A stretch of 64,000 nucleotides of DNA from an uncultured delta proteobacterium. Lineage in GTDB: Bacteria > Desulfobacterota > Desulfobacteria > Desulfobacterales > UBA2156. Location: NCBI GenBank assembly GCA_963736855.1, contig CAVTQK010000009.1, forward strand, positions 288,001 through 352,000, in the 5' to 3' direction. Within the stretch, counting starts at the first letter, position 1; the number at the start of each line of letters is the position of its first letter. Under the pieces are notes generated by a model that ran no database searches, was not told the origin of the DNA, and worked only from the letters and a program-made list of their open reading frames with translations. Shown piece by piece: positions 20,836 through 30,938 of the stretch. A program made the translations under genes and the position numbers.

Positions 20836-22368
20836 TCAGAGGCGCTGTAAAAATGCGCTGCGCGTCATCCCAGCTCCCACGCTGTCGCTTAAAATCGTTT
20901 TGGCATGTTTGAGTTTTTCCAGATTTCGATTGATGGGAAACCGCTGGATCGTATCCGGCTGCAGAACCCCTCTTTGAAGGTCGTAAGGAAGACGCTGCAT
21001 GCAGACCACGGAGCAATTGCCGCGGGTATGGATGTTGGTTACCATTTTATTGGCGACAAAATCTGCCACGGTCTGTTTTAAATCGACCGGGCCGCCGTTG
21101 AACACCTGCTCAAGGGTCAAAGGGATGATGGCGAAATTGGCCTGATGTTCGATCAAAAGATCCATATCGGCGAGCGTGAGTCCATGAGGGCTAAGCAGGC
21201 TCGACAGGTGGCCCGGGGCGCTCCGGGTGGCATAGAGAAAGACCCCCTTTCCATCCATCTTCCCGAAAACGCCGTCGGCCTCCTCTGAAATATGGATGTA
21301 GTCTGCAAAGCATCCGTGGGTCCGGGTCAGAGTGTCCACGATCCCTTTTGTCGGCGGTCGAAATACGTATCCCATTCCTTCGTGAACGGCGATTGTGACG
21401 TGGAGGTCTGTGGAGAGAAATACAGAGGCCACACGCCGGTACTTCCCGGATTGGACATATGCCTTGGCGATCTCTTCGACGATATGAGATCTTTGATCCA
21501 GCGTCATAATATCAAAGGCAAAAAATGAGGTATAACGGTCATAAAAGTCTAGGGCATCTTTGAATCTTAAGAATTGTCCTTGATCGGCCGCCTCCGGATG
21601 CAGACGTTCCATCAGGGCATGCTGAACCCTGGCCGCTGTGGCCGGAAGGCGATGGACGAGCGTTCCCAAATGATTGTCCAAAATCAGGCCGTCCAGGGGC
21701 CGGTCTCCGACAAGAGGCAACAAATGCTCCGCGATCTCAATCACCGGATCTTTCCTTATGGTAAAATCGGAGATCTTCTTCGACTCGAACGTTCCCTGCG
21801 AATCCAGCGCGCCCCTGGTCTCCAGGGCCGTGGCCATGGCATCATCTCCGAAAATGATATGGGACGTATCATCCGGTCGAAATGCCTGGGCCCGGTGAAT
21901 GTTCTCGGCCCCAACGATCACGGTGATATCGCCCTGTGAAAGACGACCGCTCAAAGAGAGCATGAAAGCCAGTTCCACCGCCACGTTGTAGCCGGGACAA
22001 CCGGCATAAAGGTCAAAGACCAGAGCATCGGGACAGTCGCCTTTCAAGATTTCATACGGATACCGGATCAAGGGTCCACGGTCGTATTTATCTTCCCCCA
22101 CGTTTGTGGCGCCGATGACCACCTTGATCCTTTTCGGATCTACAAAGCCGTTTTCAAGCAGGTTTTTCAGGGCCGCCACCCCGATCCGCTCATCAGGATG
22201 AGCAGCCACCCGGGTGCGGACACCGATCCGATCCTCGATGGTCTGATTGTTGACGGGAATATTCCCCTTGAAAAACATGTTCTTGTTTTCAAATATGGAA
22301 TTGTCCACAACGGTCCCGCCGTTCCACTCACCCTGGGCAATCACCGTTAAAATCGTATCGCGTGCCAA
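20836..22368 (-). CDS. Enlarged 3-oxoacyl-ACP synthase III (FabH)-like condensing enzyme
   Basis: RIGVRTR, FDLYAGC (Cys), IFGD, MDGKGVF, EHQAN (His), RGNCS (Asn), VGAGMT. Confidence 0.75.
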   Translation of the reverse strand: MARDTILTVIAQGEWNGGTVVDNSIFENKNMFFKGNIPVNNQTIEDRIGVRTRVAAHPDERIGVAALKNLLENGFVDPKRIKVVIGATNVGEDKYDRGPLIRYPYEILKGDCPDALVFDLYAGCPGYNVAVELAFMLSLSGRLSQGDITVIVGAENIHRAQAFRPDDTSHIIFGDDAMATALETRGALDSQGTFESKKISDFTIRKDPVIEIAEHLLPLVGDRPLDGLILDNHLGTLVHRLPATAARVQHALMERLHPEAADQGQFLRFKDALDFYDRYTSFFAFDIMTLDQRSHIVEEIAKAYVQSGKYRRVASVFLSTDLHVTIAVHEGMGYVFRPPTKGIVDTLTRTHGCFADYIHISEEADGVFGKMDGKGVFLYATRSAPGHLSSLLSPHGLTLADMDLLIEHQANFAIIPLTLEQVFNGGPVDLKQTVADFVANKMVTNIHTRGNCSVVCMQRLPYDLQRGVLQPDTIQRFPINRNLEKLKHAKTILSDSVGAGMTRSAFLQRL

Positions 22369-22410
22369 AAGGATCTCCTTTTCGGTAGTATTTACTCTTT
22401 TCTAAATCCG

Positions 22411-23724
22411 CTAAAGACGCCAGTAGCGCATCTTCTTCCGTTTGTCATCGGTGGGATTAAAACCGCCCTTGACATCCACAACCAAAGGCGTGGCGTTGGC
22501 ACACAGGCCGGCGATCTTTTCAATGCCCATCTGTCTATAATAAGTATGGATGACCGCCACAATAACCGCGTCCACACCGGATAAAGATTCCAGCTTTTCC
22601 AGCTGTATCCCAAGGTATGCCAGGGATTCCCGCGCATCCGCCAGAGGATCATGGATCCGCACCCGTACGCCGTAATCTTTAAGCTCATGAATAATGTCCA
22701 CCACCCGGGTATTGCGGATATCCGGGACATCTTCCTTGAAAGTGACCCCGAGTATCGCCACCGACGAGCCCCGGACCTGACGTCCCTCCTCGATGAGGAG
22801 TTTGACGGTGCGCTCGGCGATGTATTTTCCCATATTGTCGTTGATGCGACGTCCGGCAAGGATCATTTCCGGGTGATACCCCAAAGATTCGGCCTTGAAG
22901 GTCAGGTAATAGGGATCCACACCGATACAGTGTCCACCCACAAGGCCCGGTGTGAAGCGCAAGAAATTCCATTTGGTTCCTGATGCTTCCAGTACCTCTC
23001 GGGTATCGATGTGCATTCGGTCAAAAATCATGGACAGCTCATTCATCAGCGCAATATTTAAATCTCTTTGGGTGTTCTCAATGACCTTGGCCGCCTCCGC
23101 GACTTTGATGGAGGATACCGGATGAATCCCCGCAGTGACAACCTGTCCGTAGACCCGGGACAACAGATGGGTTGTTTCCGCGTTGCTTCCGGAGACGATC
23201 TTGACGATGCTTTCAAGCCGGTGCTGCCGATCCCCCGGATTGATCCGCTCCGGCGAATACCCCACCGTGAAATCGCGCCCCATCAAAAGGCCGGATTCCT
23301 TTTCCAAAATCGGGATGCAAACCTCTTCGGTTGCACCCGGATAGACCGTCGATTCGTACACCACGCAGCTTCCCTTGCTCAAGTGTCTTCCCACCGTTTG
23401 CGATGCGCTTTTCAGGGGGTTGAGATCCGGTATCCGGTATTGATCGATGGGGGTGGGCACCGCCACGATGAGGAATCGACAGGAATCGAGATCCTCGGGA
23501 TTGCTTGTGTACTGCAGCTTCACTTGAGCCAACTCCTCCCGGGTAACTTCTAGGGTCCGATCCAATCCGGACTGCAGCTCGGCGATGCGATCGACCTTTA
23601 AATCGTATCCCACTACATCGAAATGACGCGACATCGCCACGGCGAGCGGCAATCCGACATAGCCCAATCCGACTACGGCAAGACGGTCCTTGCGATGGAT
23701 CAAAGACTCATAAGTGACCAACAA
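22411..23724 (-). CDS. UDP-N-acetylhexosamine (GlcNAc/GalNAc) dehydrogenase, WbpO/TviB-like
   Basis: GLGYVG, VAVPTP, ESTVYPG, SPERINPG, AAKVIENTQRD, GGHCIGVDPYY. Confidence 0.93.
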   Translation of the reverse strand: MLVTYESLIHRKDRLAVVGLGYVGLPLAVAMSRHFDVVGYDLKVDRIAELQSGLDRTLEVTREELAQVKLQYTSNPEDLDSCRFLIVAVPTPIDQYRIPDLNPLKSASQTVGRHLSKGSCVVYESTVYPGATEEVCIPILEKESGLLMGRDFTVGYSPERINPGDRQHRLESIVKIVSGSNAETTHLLSRVYGQVVTAGIHPVSSIKVAEAAKVIENTQRDLNIALMNELSMIFDRMHIDTREVLEASGTKWNFLRFTPGLVGGHCIGVDPYYLTFKAESLGYHPEMILAGRRINDNMGKYIAERTVKLLIEEGRQVRGSSVAILGVTFKEDVPDIRNTRVVDIIHELKDYGVRVRIHDPLADARESLAYLGIQLEKLESLSGVDAVIVAVIHTYYRQMGIEKIAGLCANATPLVVDVKGGFNPTDDKRKKMRYWRL

Positions 23725-23733
23725 ACACCTCCG

Positions 23734-24567
23734 TCAATTCGATTGAGTATTCCTATTCAAAGCCGTCGGCTTGTTGCGCCGCGGTTTCCTTTGATCTCGC
23801 CGTTTTTCATCCAACGACGGCCCATGCCCAAAGGCGGTTTTGGAGTGTGCCCGGACCTTGGACAGCCGGATCGGTTCCTTCAAGCGCCGGATCTCCCGAG
23901 GCGTCAGGAAGCGCCATTTCCCCTCGGGAAGGCCTCCCAGGCCTATGCCGGCAAACCGGATCCGTTTGAGATTCCTCACTCGGGTTCCCAGTTTCTCGAC
24001 CATTCGTCGGATCTGCCGATTTTTCCCTTCCTTGAGCACGATGCGAAAGCATGAAGGCGAAATCCGTTTGACGCGTGCCGGCCGGGTAATCTCCCCCATT
24101 AGAGGCATGCCGGATTCCATCCTGGAAAGCGCATCGTTATCCACATCTAAAGACGTGGTCACTTCGTATTCTTTTTCATGATCAAAAGACGGATGTAATA
24201 ATCGATGGTGAAGGCTCCCGTCGTTGGTTAAAATCAGGAGTCCCGTGGAATCCTTGTCGAGACGCCCCACCGGAAAAAGACGTGTTTCAAGTTCCACCAG
24301 GTCAAGGACGAGCCGCTCCCCCCGCTGCCTACAACTGCTGACCACCCCTTTGGGTTTGTTTAACGCGATATACACCCGGGAACCTACAATATCCACAGGT
24401 TTTCCGTCCACTTTCACCCGATCTTTTGACGGATCCACCGGGATACCCATCACCGTAACTGTCTTTCCATTGACCGCCACCCGACCGTTCCGGATCAGGG
24501 CCTCTCCTGTCCGCCTGGAGCATACCCCGGCTTTGGATAAAAACTTCTGAAGGCGCATCAAGGGCAT
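23734..24567 (-). CDS. rRNA pseudouridine synthase (RsuA/RluB family)
   Basis: S4 domain RLQKFLS..GVCSRR; NKPKG; VGRLDKDSTG; EGKNRQIRRM. Confidence 0.93.
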   Translation of the reverse strand: MPLMRLQKFLSKAGVCSRRTGEALIRNGRVAVNGKTVTVMGIPVDPSKDRVKVDGKPVDIVGSRVYIALNKPKGVVSSCRQRGERLVLDLVELETRLFPVGRLDKDSTGLLILTNDGSLHHRLLHPSFDHEKEYEVTTSLDVDNDALSRMESGMPLMGEITRPARVKRISPSCFRIVLKEGKNRQIRRMVEKLGTRVRNLKRIRFAGIGLGGLPEGKWRFLTPREIRRLKEPIRLSKVRAHSKTAFGHGPSLDEKRRDQRKPRRNKPTALNRNTQSN

Positions 24568-24623
24568 TTTGAATTTTTCTCTTTGAAATTAAATAATCAA
24601 GAAGATTCCGGGGCGATGACAGG

Positions 24624-25808
24624 CTAACTCCGGTAATGAGCGTTGATCTTCACGTAGTCGATGGAAAAATCGCAAGTCAACATGGAGGCGGTGCCGGATC
24701 CGACCCCCAGCTTGATCTTCAGGCAAAATTCCGGTTTTTGCAAAATCCGCGTCGCCTCGGCCTCGGCAGCCTTTCCGCATCCGGCGCCGCCTTGCACCAA
24801 AAGGATATCATCAAAAGAAACATCGATCGTTTCCGGCTCTATCGGTACTCCGGACCTTCCGACAGCAGCCAGTATCCGGCCCCAGTTGGCATCTTCTCCG
24901 AACAGGGCGGTTTTGATCAGACTCGATGTGGCAACCGTTTCTGCGACCCGGCGTGCCGCTTCGGGTGACGATGCGCCCTCTACCACAATTTCCACCAGTT
25001 TTGTGGCTCCTTCCCCGTCCTTGACAATGATCCGGGCAAGGGTCATCAGGACATCCTCTAAAATATGACCAAAAGCGTTAAGGGATGCTGGGTCGGTGAC
25101 GACGGCACCGGATACGCCGTTGGCGAAAAGCAAGACCGTGTCATTGGTGCTCATATCGCCGTCGATGCTGATCCGATTCAAAGACCCCTCCACCGACCTC
25201 GCCAGCGCCCTGTTTAAATGATCCGGCGTCGCCTGCAAGTCGGTGCACACAAAGCACAGCAGCGTAGCCATGTGCGGGTGGATCATCCCGGCCCCCTTTG
25301 CAATTCCTGTGACCGTGTATTCAGCCCTCCCCAACATGCCTTTTCTGGAGACCACTTTCGGTACCGTATCCGTGGTGAGAATCGCTTCGGCGAAATCCAT
25401 CAAGCCCTCGGATTTTAATCCCTTAACCAGTTCCGGTATTGCCGCTTCAATCCTTTGAATCGGAAGCGGTTCTCCGATGACACCCGTGGAAGCCACCAGG
25501 ACCTGTTCCTCATCAACCCCTAATATCAAAGCGGCAAAACGGGCCATCGCCTCGGCGTCTTCGAGCCCCTTTTTACCGGTACAGCAATTGGCATTTCCAC
25601 TGTTGACGATAACAGAGCGGCATCGTCCGGACCGGATCCGCCGCCGATCCAATAAAACCGGTGCGGCTTGTACCCTGTTGGTGGTGAACACCCCGGCGAC
25701 ATAGGCGGGCACGTCGGTGTACAGCAGACCGAGATCCTTTTTCCCCACACCTTTGATTCCGGCACATATACCCGATGCGCGAAAACCTTTGGGCAGCATC
25801 TGTTCCAT
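24624..25808 (-). CDS. argJ: Bifunctional ornithine acetyltransferase / N-acetylglutamate synthase
   Basis: NSGNAN, STGVIG, ILTTDT, KGAGMIHPHMATLL, DGDMSTND, DGEGATK, DANWGR. Confidence 0.97.
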   Translation of the reverse strand: MEQMLPKGFRASGICAGIKGVGKKDLGLLYTDVPAYVAGVFTTNRVQAAPVLLDRRRIRSGRCRSVIVNSGNANCCTGKKGLEDAEAMARFAALILGVDEEQVLVASTGVIGEPLPIQRIEAAIPELVKGLKSEGLMDFAEAILTTDTVPKVVSRKGMLGRAEYTVTGIAKGAGMIHPHMATLLCFVCTDLQATPDHLNRALARSVEGSLNRISIDGDMSTNDTVLLFANGVSGAVVTDPASLNAFGHILEDVLMTLARIIVKDGEGATKLVEIVVEGASSPEAARRVAETVATSSLIKTALFGEDANWGRILAAVGRSGVPIEPETIDVSFDDILLVQGGAGCGKAAEAEATRILQKPEFCLKIKLGVGSGTASMLTCDFSIDYVKINAHYRS

Positions 25809-25978
25809 ATTCTTCCCTTTTTTGATATACTTTATCAAAAAAGCCGATATTGTCAAATATGGTCGGGCTCAAAGGGCGGCTCGCCCGAAATCACTAAAAA
25901 GAAGCTTGATTTCAAACCATAAATCGCTCAGGATGAGGCGACGATCAAAACGATCGAAACGCGTGCGAGGAAAAGAGA

Positions 25979-26161
25979 ATGGAGAATCCCGGAGCAAAAT
26001 GCCCTTCATGCGATAAGGAAATGCTGCTCCAGAAAACGTGAAGGCGGGTATTTTTTCTTTGCAGGTCCTGCAATCAGATTTATCCTATCGATATGTTTAT
26101 CCATTCCTTGGACGATGCCCTGGAATACGATTTAGGCAACATCCGGTGCGACCGTCTTTAG
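25979..26161 (+). CDS. Small dual-CxxC selenoprotein (60 aa, Sec21 encoded by TGA 26039-26041)
   Basis: Read-through translation MENPGAKCPSCDKEMLLQKT-U-RRVFFLCRSCNQIYPIDMFIHSLDDALEYDLGNIRCDRL*; GAGGA RBS; SECIS-like hairpin downstream; absent from ORF track. Confidence 0.85.
26059..26073 (+). promoter_or_regulatory. SECIS-like hairpin of small selenoprotein
   Basis: TTGCAG-GTC-CTGCAA perfect 6-bp stem 17 nt after TGA; closely resembles the E. coli fdhF SECIS apex (UUGCAGGUCUGCA). Confidence 0.8.
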
Positions 26162-26230
26162 CGCTGGGCGTTACAGGCCCTTTCTTTAGAAGCAACCTGG
26201 GACATTAACCCTATCAATCGTTCATCGAAG

Positions 26231-26968
26231 ATGCCGAACTTCAAGCTTTTCATTGAGTATGACGGCACTGCCTACCATGGATGGCAACGACAAAAAGCGC
26301 GCCCTACCGTCCAGGGCGAGATCGAAAAAGTCGTCCAGATCATGGCCGGCAAGGCGGTCACCGTCATCGGCTCCGGAAGAACCGACGCCGGTGTCCATGC
26401 ACTGGGCCAGGTAGCCCATTTTCATTGCGAAACGCGCCTTTCTCCGGAAACACTTCTCTCCGGGCTCAACAGCCTGCTCCCCAAAGACATCGTCATCCAT
26501 CGGATCGTCAAGACCAAAAGGGACTTCCACGCCCGTTACAACGCCAGAACCAAGACCTATCAATATCGCATTCTGAACCGACCGATCCGTAAAGCCGTCG
26601 GTCGCTTTTATACCTGGCATGTTCGAAAGCCCCTGGATCTTCCCGCCATGCGTTCGGCCGCCGGATATCTTACGGGAACCCACGATTTTAAATCGTTTGA
26701 AGGCGCTGGAAGCCCCCGCTCTCATACCCTGCGGACGGTGACAAAAGCAGCTCTGTCCAAATCAGCCGGCGGAATCATCCTGTTTGAGATCCAGGCCGAC
26801 GGGTTTCTCAAAGCCATGGTCCGAAACATCGTGGGAACCCTGATCTATGTGGGCCTCGGAAAAATCCGCCCGGAAGAAATGGAAGAGATCCTTCGTTTGA
26901 AGGACCGTCGGAAGGCCGGACCCACCGCCCCTTCCTCCGGCTTGTTCCTGAAGAAAGTTACTTATTGA
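26231..26968 (+). CDS. truA: tRNA pseudouridine(38-40) synthase
   Basis: EYDGTAYHGWQ, GRTDAGVHA, GTHDF.SF, FLKAMVRNIVG, TAP..GLFL. Confidence 0.97.
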   Translation: MPNFKLFIEYDGTAYHGWQRQKARPTVQGEIEKVVQIMAGKAVTVIGSGRTDAGVHALGQVAHFHCETRLSPETLLSGLNSLLPKDIVIHRIVKTKRDFHARYNARTKTYQYRILNRPIRKAVGRFYTWHVRKPLDLPAMRSAAGYLTGTHDFKSFEGAGSPRSHTLRTVTKAALSKSAGGIILFEIQADGFLKAMVRNIVGTLIYVGLGKIRPEEMEEILRLKDRRKAGPTAPSSGLFLKKVTY

Positions 26969-28778
26969 CCGCCGACCGGCCTTTCATTTCCTTAATGCGT
27001 TCATTATAAAATGCGATGACATCCCGCCGGTTCAACATGCCGATCAACTTGTGGGGATCGTCTTCTTCCACCACCGGCAGGCTGTCGATATTCTTTTGGG
27101 TGAACTTTTGAAGGACGGAATTCAGATCATCGGAGACGGTTGTTGAGATGATGTCTGAAGTACCGATATCTCCCATCACCACCAAATCCTCGATCTCCTG
27201 GGAGAACAGAACACTCCGTATATCGTTGCTGGAAAAGATTTCAATGAATCGCCCTCTATGATCCGTCACCGGGAAATAGTGCTGTTGAGTGGTTGAAAAA
27301 AAGCGCTTGAATTCGGAAAAAGGCATGCTTTCCGGGACCACCTGAACCTTCTTGACCCGTTGTATAAGATCCTTGACCCGGAATGCTTGAAGGATATCGA
27401 CAAAAAAATCCCCCCTATGCGCGGGCGAGTCGATGCGGCTTTTGACCTGTTTTTCATAAATGGTCCAGCGTTTAGAAACCAGGTATGCGACCGAGCAGAC
27501 CAGCAGACTGGGTAGAAGAAGATGGTAGGAGTTGGTCATTTCACTGACCATGATGATTGTGGAAATGGGGGTATTGGAAACCGAAGTGAAGAAACCGGCC
27601 ATCCCCACCACTACGAACGCACCGGGTTCCGTAACGACGCCCGGCATGATCCCATGGAACAGCCTCCCCACAACACCCCCCATCGCTCCGCCGATGACGA
27701 TGGAAGGCCCGAAGACTCCGCCGCTTCCTCCGGACCCGATGGAAAAAGATGTGGTGAAGATCTTACCGATTGCCAATGCCAGAAGAAACAGCAACGGCAA
27801 TTCATTGTTGAGTGCCTGCTGAGCGAATCCATATCCGAAGGACAGGGTCTGGGGAAGAAAATAACCGATGACGCCTGTACAAAGACCCCCGATGGCCGGT
27901 TTAAAGTGTTTGGGAAGGGGAAGTTTCTTAAAAGATCGGGTGATGCCGTAAAAGGATTTGACATACAATGCACCCATGGCCGACAAAACAAAAGCGAGCA
28001 CCAAATAGGGACCGAGTTCCAGGGGATTTTGAAACATGAAATAGGGAGACTCAAAGAGCGTTCCCCATCCAAAAACCAGGCAGAAGAGGCAATACGCGAC
28101 AACGGACGCGATACCCGATGGAATGATCACCTCGTATTCGAATTCCGGATCCCGATAAAGCACTTCAGCGGCGAAAAGTGCACCGGCAAGGGGGGCCCTG
28201 AAAATACTACCAACGCCGGCACCGATCCCGGCGGCCATCATTATTCGGCGCTCCCGTTCTGAAACCTTTAAAATCGTGCCTAAGAAAGAGCCGAAGCCGG
28301 CGCCGATTTGGGCGATGGGTCCTTCCCTTCCGCCGGATCCGCCGCTGGTCAGCGTAATGGCCGATGCAATGGTCTTGATGATGGGAACGCGTCCCCGGAT
28401 GTATCCGGCCTTATTATGGTATGCGTCTATGGCGGCATCGGTCCCATGCCCCTCCGCTTCAGGAGCAAAGGTATAAACCAGGATTCCGCTCAGGATTCCT
28501 CCCAGTGCCGGCACCAGCAATAAGATGTATCGATTGAAAAAACTGTTGGTGGGCAAAAAGAGAGAGTGTTCCCCTGCAGGAGCCGGCGGCCGATACCCGG
28601 CCATTAAATCCAGGAAAACGTGGGTGCCGATCTGGCAGAGAAAGTGAAAGGTGATAGCACCCAGGCCCGCGATGATCCCGATCAGGACGTAGTACGCTGT
28701 CCACTTCCCGGCTCGGGTGATGTCCAGGGAACGCGCCTTACTGAAGCTGAGTTTCAAAGTGTTTAAGCTGTCTATCAA
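26958..28778 (-). CDS. ClC-family chloride channel / H+:Cl- antiporter with tandem CBS domains
   Basis: GHGTD, GGSGGREGP, FRAPLAG, GGVFGP, C-terminal CBS pair. Confidence 0.93.
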   Translation of the reverse strand: MIDSLNTLKLSFSKARSLDITRAGKWTAYYVLIGIIAGLGAITFHFLCQIGTHVFLDLMAGYRPPAPAGEHSLFLPTNSFFNRYILLLVPALGGILSGILVYTFAPEAEGHGTDAAIDAYHNKAGYIRGRVPIIKTIASAITLTSGGSGGREGPIAQIGAGFGSFLGTILKVSERERRIMMAAGIGAGVGSIFRAPLAGALFAAEVLYRDPEFEYEVIIPSGIASVVAYCLFCLVFGWGTLFESPYFMFQNPLELGPYLVLAFVLSAMGALYVKSFYGITRSFKKLPLPKHFKPAIGGLCTGVIGYFLPQTLSFGYGFAQQALNNELPLLFLLALAIGKIFTTSFSIGSGGSGGVFGPSIVIGGAMGGVVGRLFHGIMPGVVTEPGAFVVVGMAGFFTSVSNTPISTIIMVSEMTNSYHLLLPSLLVCSVAYLVSKRWTIYEKQVKSRIDSPAHRGDFFVDILQAFRVKDLIQRVKKVQVVPESMPFSEFKRFFSTTQQHYFPVTDHRGRFIEIFSSNDIRSVLFSQEIEDLVVMGDIGTSDIISTTVSDDLNSVLQKFTQKNIDSLPVVEEDDPHKLIGMLNRRDVIAFYNERIKEMKGRSAVNK

Positions 28779-28792
28779 AACCGCCGCCGGGT

Positions 28793-30103
28793 CTATCCCG
28801 AAGTCAGATCCCGGACGCCGGAAAGAATTAAATCGAAAAGACCGGGAATTTCATTTTCCTCCAGGCAGGAAAAGGCCACCCGAAGATCCGTATTACCGAT
28901 GGAGATCAGGCCGACACCATATTTTTCCAAAAGGTAAACCCGAAGCTTCTCCGCATCCACGGATTTGAGCCGAAGGCACATGAAATATCCGGAATTGAAA
29001 GGATAAACATCCCAGGCGTCTTGATACCGTTCGGCCTTTAGTACCTCCCGCACGCGTTGAGCCCTTTGTTTCAGGATTTCATACTTTTCATTTTTTTCCC
29101 GGGCATATCGTTCATCGGCCATGGATTTCAAGATGAGGGTTTGGCTCAAGTGGGATGCATTGGAAATCGTTCCCCGGATACATCCCGCGGTTTTTTTCTC
29201 CAGTGCCTCGTACACCTGATCGATATTCCCATCGGCCCAGCATCCGTAAGTAATAAAGCCGACGCGAAGCCCCCAAACGAAATTTTCCTTGGTGGCGCCG
29301 TCGAGTTTCACCGCCAAGAGCCTGGGATGGCTTTGGCTAAGTTTCGCAAAAAGGGATTCCGTGAGCACGGCATTGTCATAGAACAGGCCGAAATACGCAT
29401 CGTCGAAAGCCGCGATGACCCGTGTCTCCTCCCGGGCCAAGCGCGTCAGAACATCGACGATCGCCTCTCCTTCCGCCCGGGTAGGGGAATAGCCCGTTGG
29501 GTTGTTCGGAAAGTTGAGGATTGTGATTACTTTTCCGGATTTCGCCTCCTGCCGGAGCGCTTCTTCAAAGGCTTTGAGGTTGAATCCCCCTCGCTCGGAA
29601 AAAAAGGGGAATTGAACGATTTTCGCCCCTTTTTTGACGTTCAGGATCATGGTGTAGTTACCCCATATTTTGTCCGGCAAAACCACAGTATCCTCCGGAT
29701 CCACCCACATGTCCGCAAATGTACTGACAGCATGAGTCACACCACAGGTCACGACAGGAAGGCTGATCCTTTTGCCGGCAAGGGACGGGTTTTTTGAATA
29801 AAGCTCCGTCTGCCATGCTTTTCTCAGTGCAGGAATTCCAAAGGAAGGCGCATAGGTCAGGGATTCCTCGGGAGAAATGTCCTTCACCCGATCCATGAGG
29901 GACCGAAAATGCATGGTCTTATGATCTTCCATGGCGATTCCGATGGTGGCGTTGGTCTTAAATGCCTTTTCCTTAGCCTCAGCGCTTTGAGTCAGTATCC
30001 CCTTGGGAAAGAAAAGGCGCTTCCCCATATGGGACAACATCTCGAAAAGATGAGGGTTTCCTTGTGATAAATTTTCGTTGAGCTCATGGGCTAAGGGGTT
30101 CAT
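28793..30103 (-). CDS. Class I/II PLP-dependent aminotransferase
   Basis: NFPNNPTG, DDAY, DGATKE..WGLRVG, NSGYF. Confidence 0.9.
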   Translation of the reverse strand: MNPLAHELNENLSQGNPHLFEMLSHMGKRLFFPKGILTQSAEAKEKAFKTNATIGIAMEDHKTMHFRSLMDRVKDISPEESLTYAPSFGIPALRKAWQTELYSKNPSLAGKRISLPVVTCGVTHAVSTFADMWVDPEDTVVLPDKIWGNYTMILNVKKGAKIVQFPFFSERGGFNLKAFEEALRQEAKSGKVITILNFPNNPTGYSPTRAEGEAIVDVLTRLAREETRVIAAFDDAYFGLFYDNAVLTESLFAKLSQSHPRLLAVKLDGATKENFVWGLRVGFITYGCWADGNIDQVYEALEKKTAGCIRGTISNASHLSQTLILKSMADERYAREKNEKYEILKQRAQRVREVLKAERYQDAWDVYPFNSGYFMCLRLKSVDAEKLRVYLLEKYGVGLISIGNTDLRVAFSCLEENEIPGLFDLILSGVRDLTSG

Positions 30104-30223
30104 CGATTTCTCCTGGTTATGTTTTTGCAGTTTTCGGACTCAATGAAGTATCCCGATTCAATTGGGCAGTCTTATAGTTTGATAAAAGAGAAAGTCAAGG
30201 AAAAACGGGAGGTAAGACGTATG

Positions 30224-30255
30224 AAAAAACCCCGCCTGAAAACCAGGCGGGGTTT
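30224..30255 (-). terminator. Rho-independent terminator after the PxxKW gene
   Basis: aaaccccgcctg-aaaac-caggcggggttt hairpin with T-run on the minus strand. Confidence 0.85.
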
Positions 30256-30275
30256 ACCTTAAGATCGTAAAAAGG

Positions 30276-30557
30276 CTACTTTGCTGCGCGTTTGGATGCT
30301 TTGAGCGGATTCACCTTGATCTTGGACTCCGGCGCGGCAGCCTTCACCACGTGGCTGGCCAGGTTGCAATTTCCGGTTTTCCATTTCTGGGAAGGATCCG
30401 GATATGCCGTGCAATACCATCTGGAGGAAAATCCGATCTTGCGGTTGCACCCCTCACATTTCTCCACGATCTCATGGCAAATCCCGCCATTGAAAGAACA
30501 CCCTTTCTTGCTCATAAACGGGCAGTCCTTTCCGTTTCGAACCGTTAAACAAACCAA
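30276..30557 (-). CDS. PxxKW-family small cysteine-rich protein
   Basis: Eight Cys, C.FM...GCSFNGG.C, PSQKW, CNLASH, KVNPLKASKR tail; probable TTG start. Confidence 0.85.
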   Translation of the reverse strand: MVCLTVRNGKDCPFMSKKGCSFNGGICHEIVEKCEGCNRKIGFSSRWYCTAYPDPSQKWKTGNCNLASHVVKAAAPESKIKVNPLKASKRAAK

Positions 30558-30657
30558 CTGAATCACCCCCTTTCCTCTTTACTATTGATGAAAAACCCAC
30601 AATAAAAAACCGGGCGGTACTGATCCCGGCATATAACCCTTTTTTATTAAAGAGATT

Positions 30658-30686
30658 AATATAATTTCTTATCTTGCGCATGTCAA
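30658..30686 (-). promoter_or_regulatory. Putative sigma70 promoter of the PxxKW gene
   Basis: Minus strand TTGACA-17 nt-TATATT. Confidence 0.6.
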
Positions 30687-30739
30687 GGCATTTTTCATGA
30701 TTGGCGAATTGTGATGAAATCGTAAATACTCAAAATTAG

Positions 30740-30865
30740 GATGGCAAAGTAAAAAGCTTCAGATGCAAGGCGCGCAAATCCTGAGGAATGAGGCGTACAT
30801 ATGGGTACGCCGCAATGACGAAGGATGCAGTGCAACGCAGCAGATGGACTTTTTACGAAGCCATC
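30740..30865. repeat. MITE/REP-like intergenic element (126 bp)
   Basis: Imperfect TIRs gatggcaaagtaaaaag / ctttttacgaagccatc; central hairpin ggcgtac-atatgg-gtacgcc; right 44 nt recur at 58526-58569 with 2 mismatches. Confidence 0.75.
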
Positions 30866-30938
30866 AATTGTTATTGATCTATCTGGGCACCTGCGGTAAG
30901 ATATCCAAAATTAAAATTGGTCAGATTCACCCATAAAT

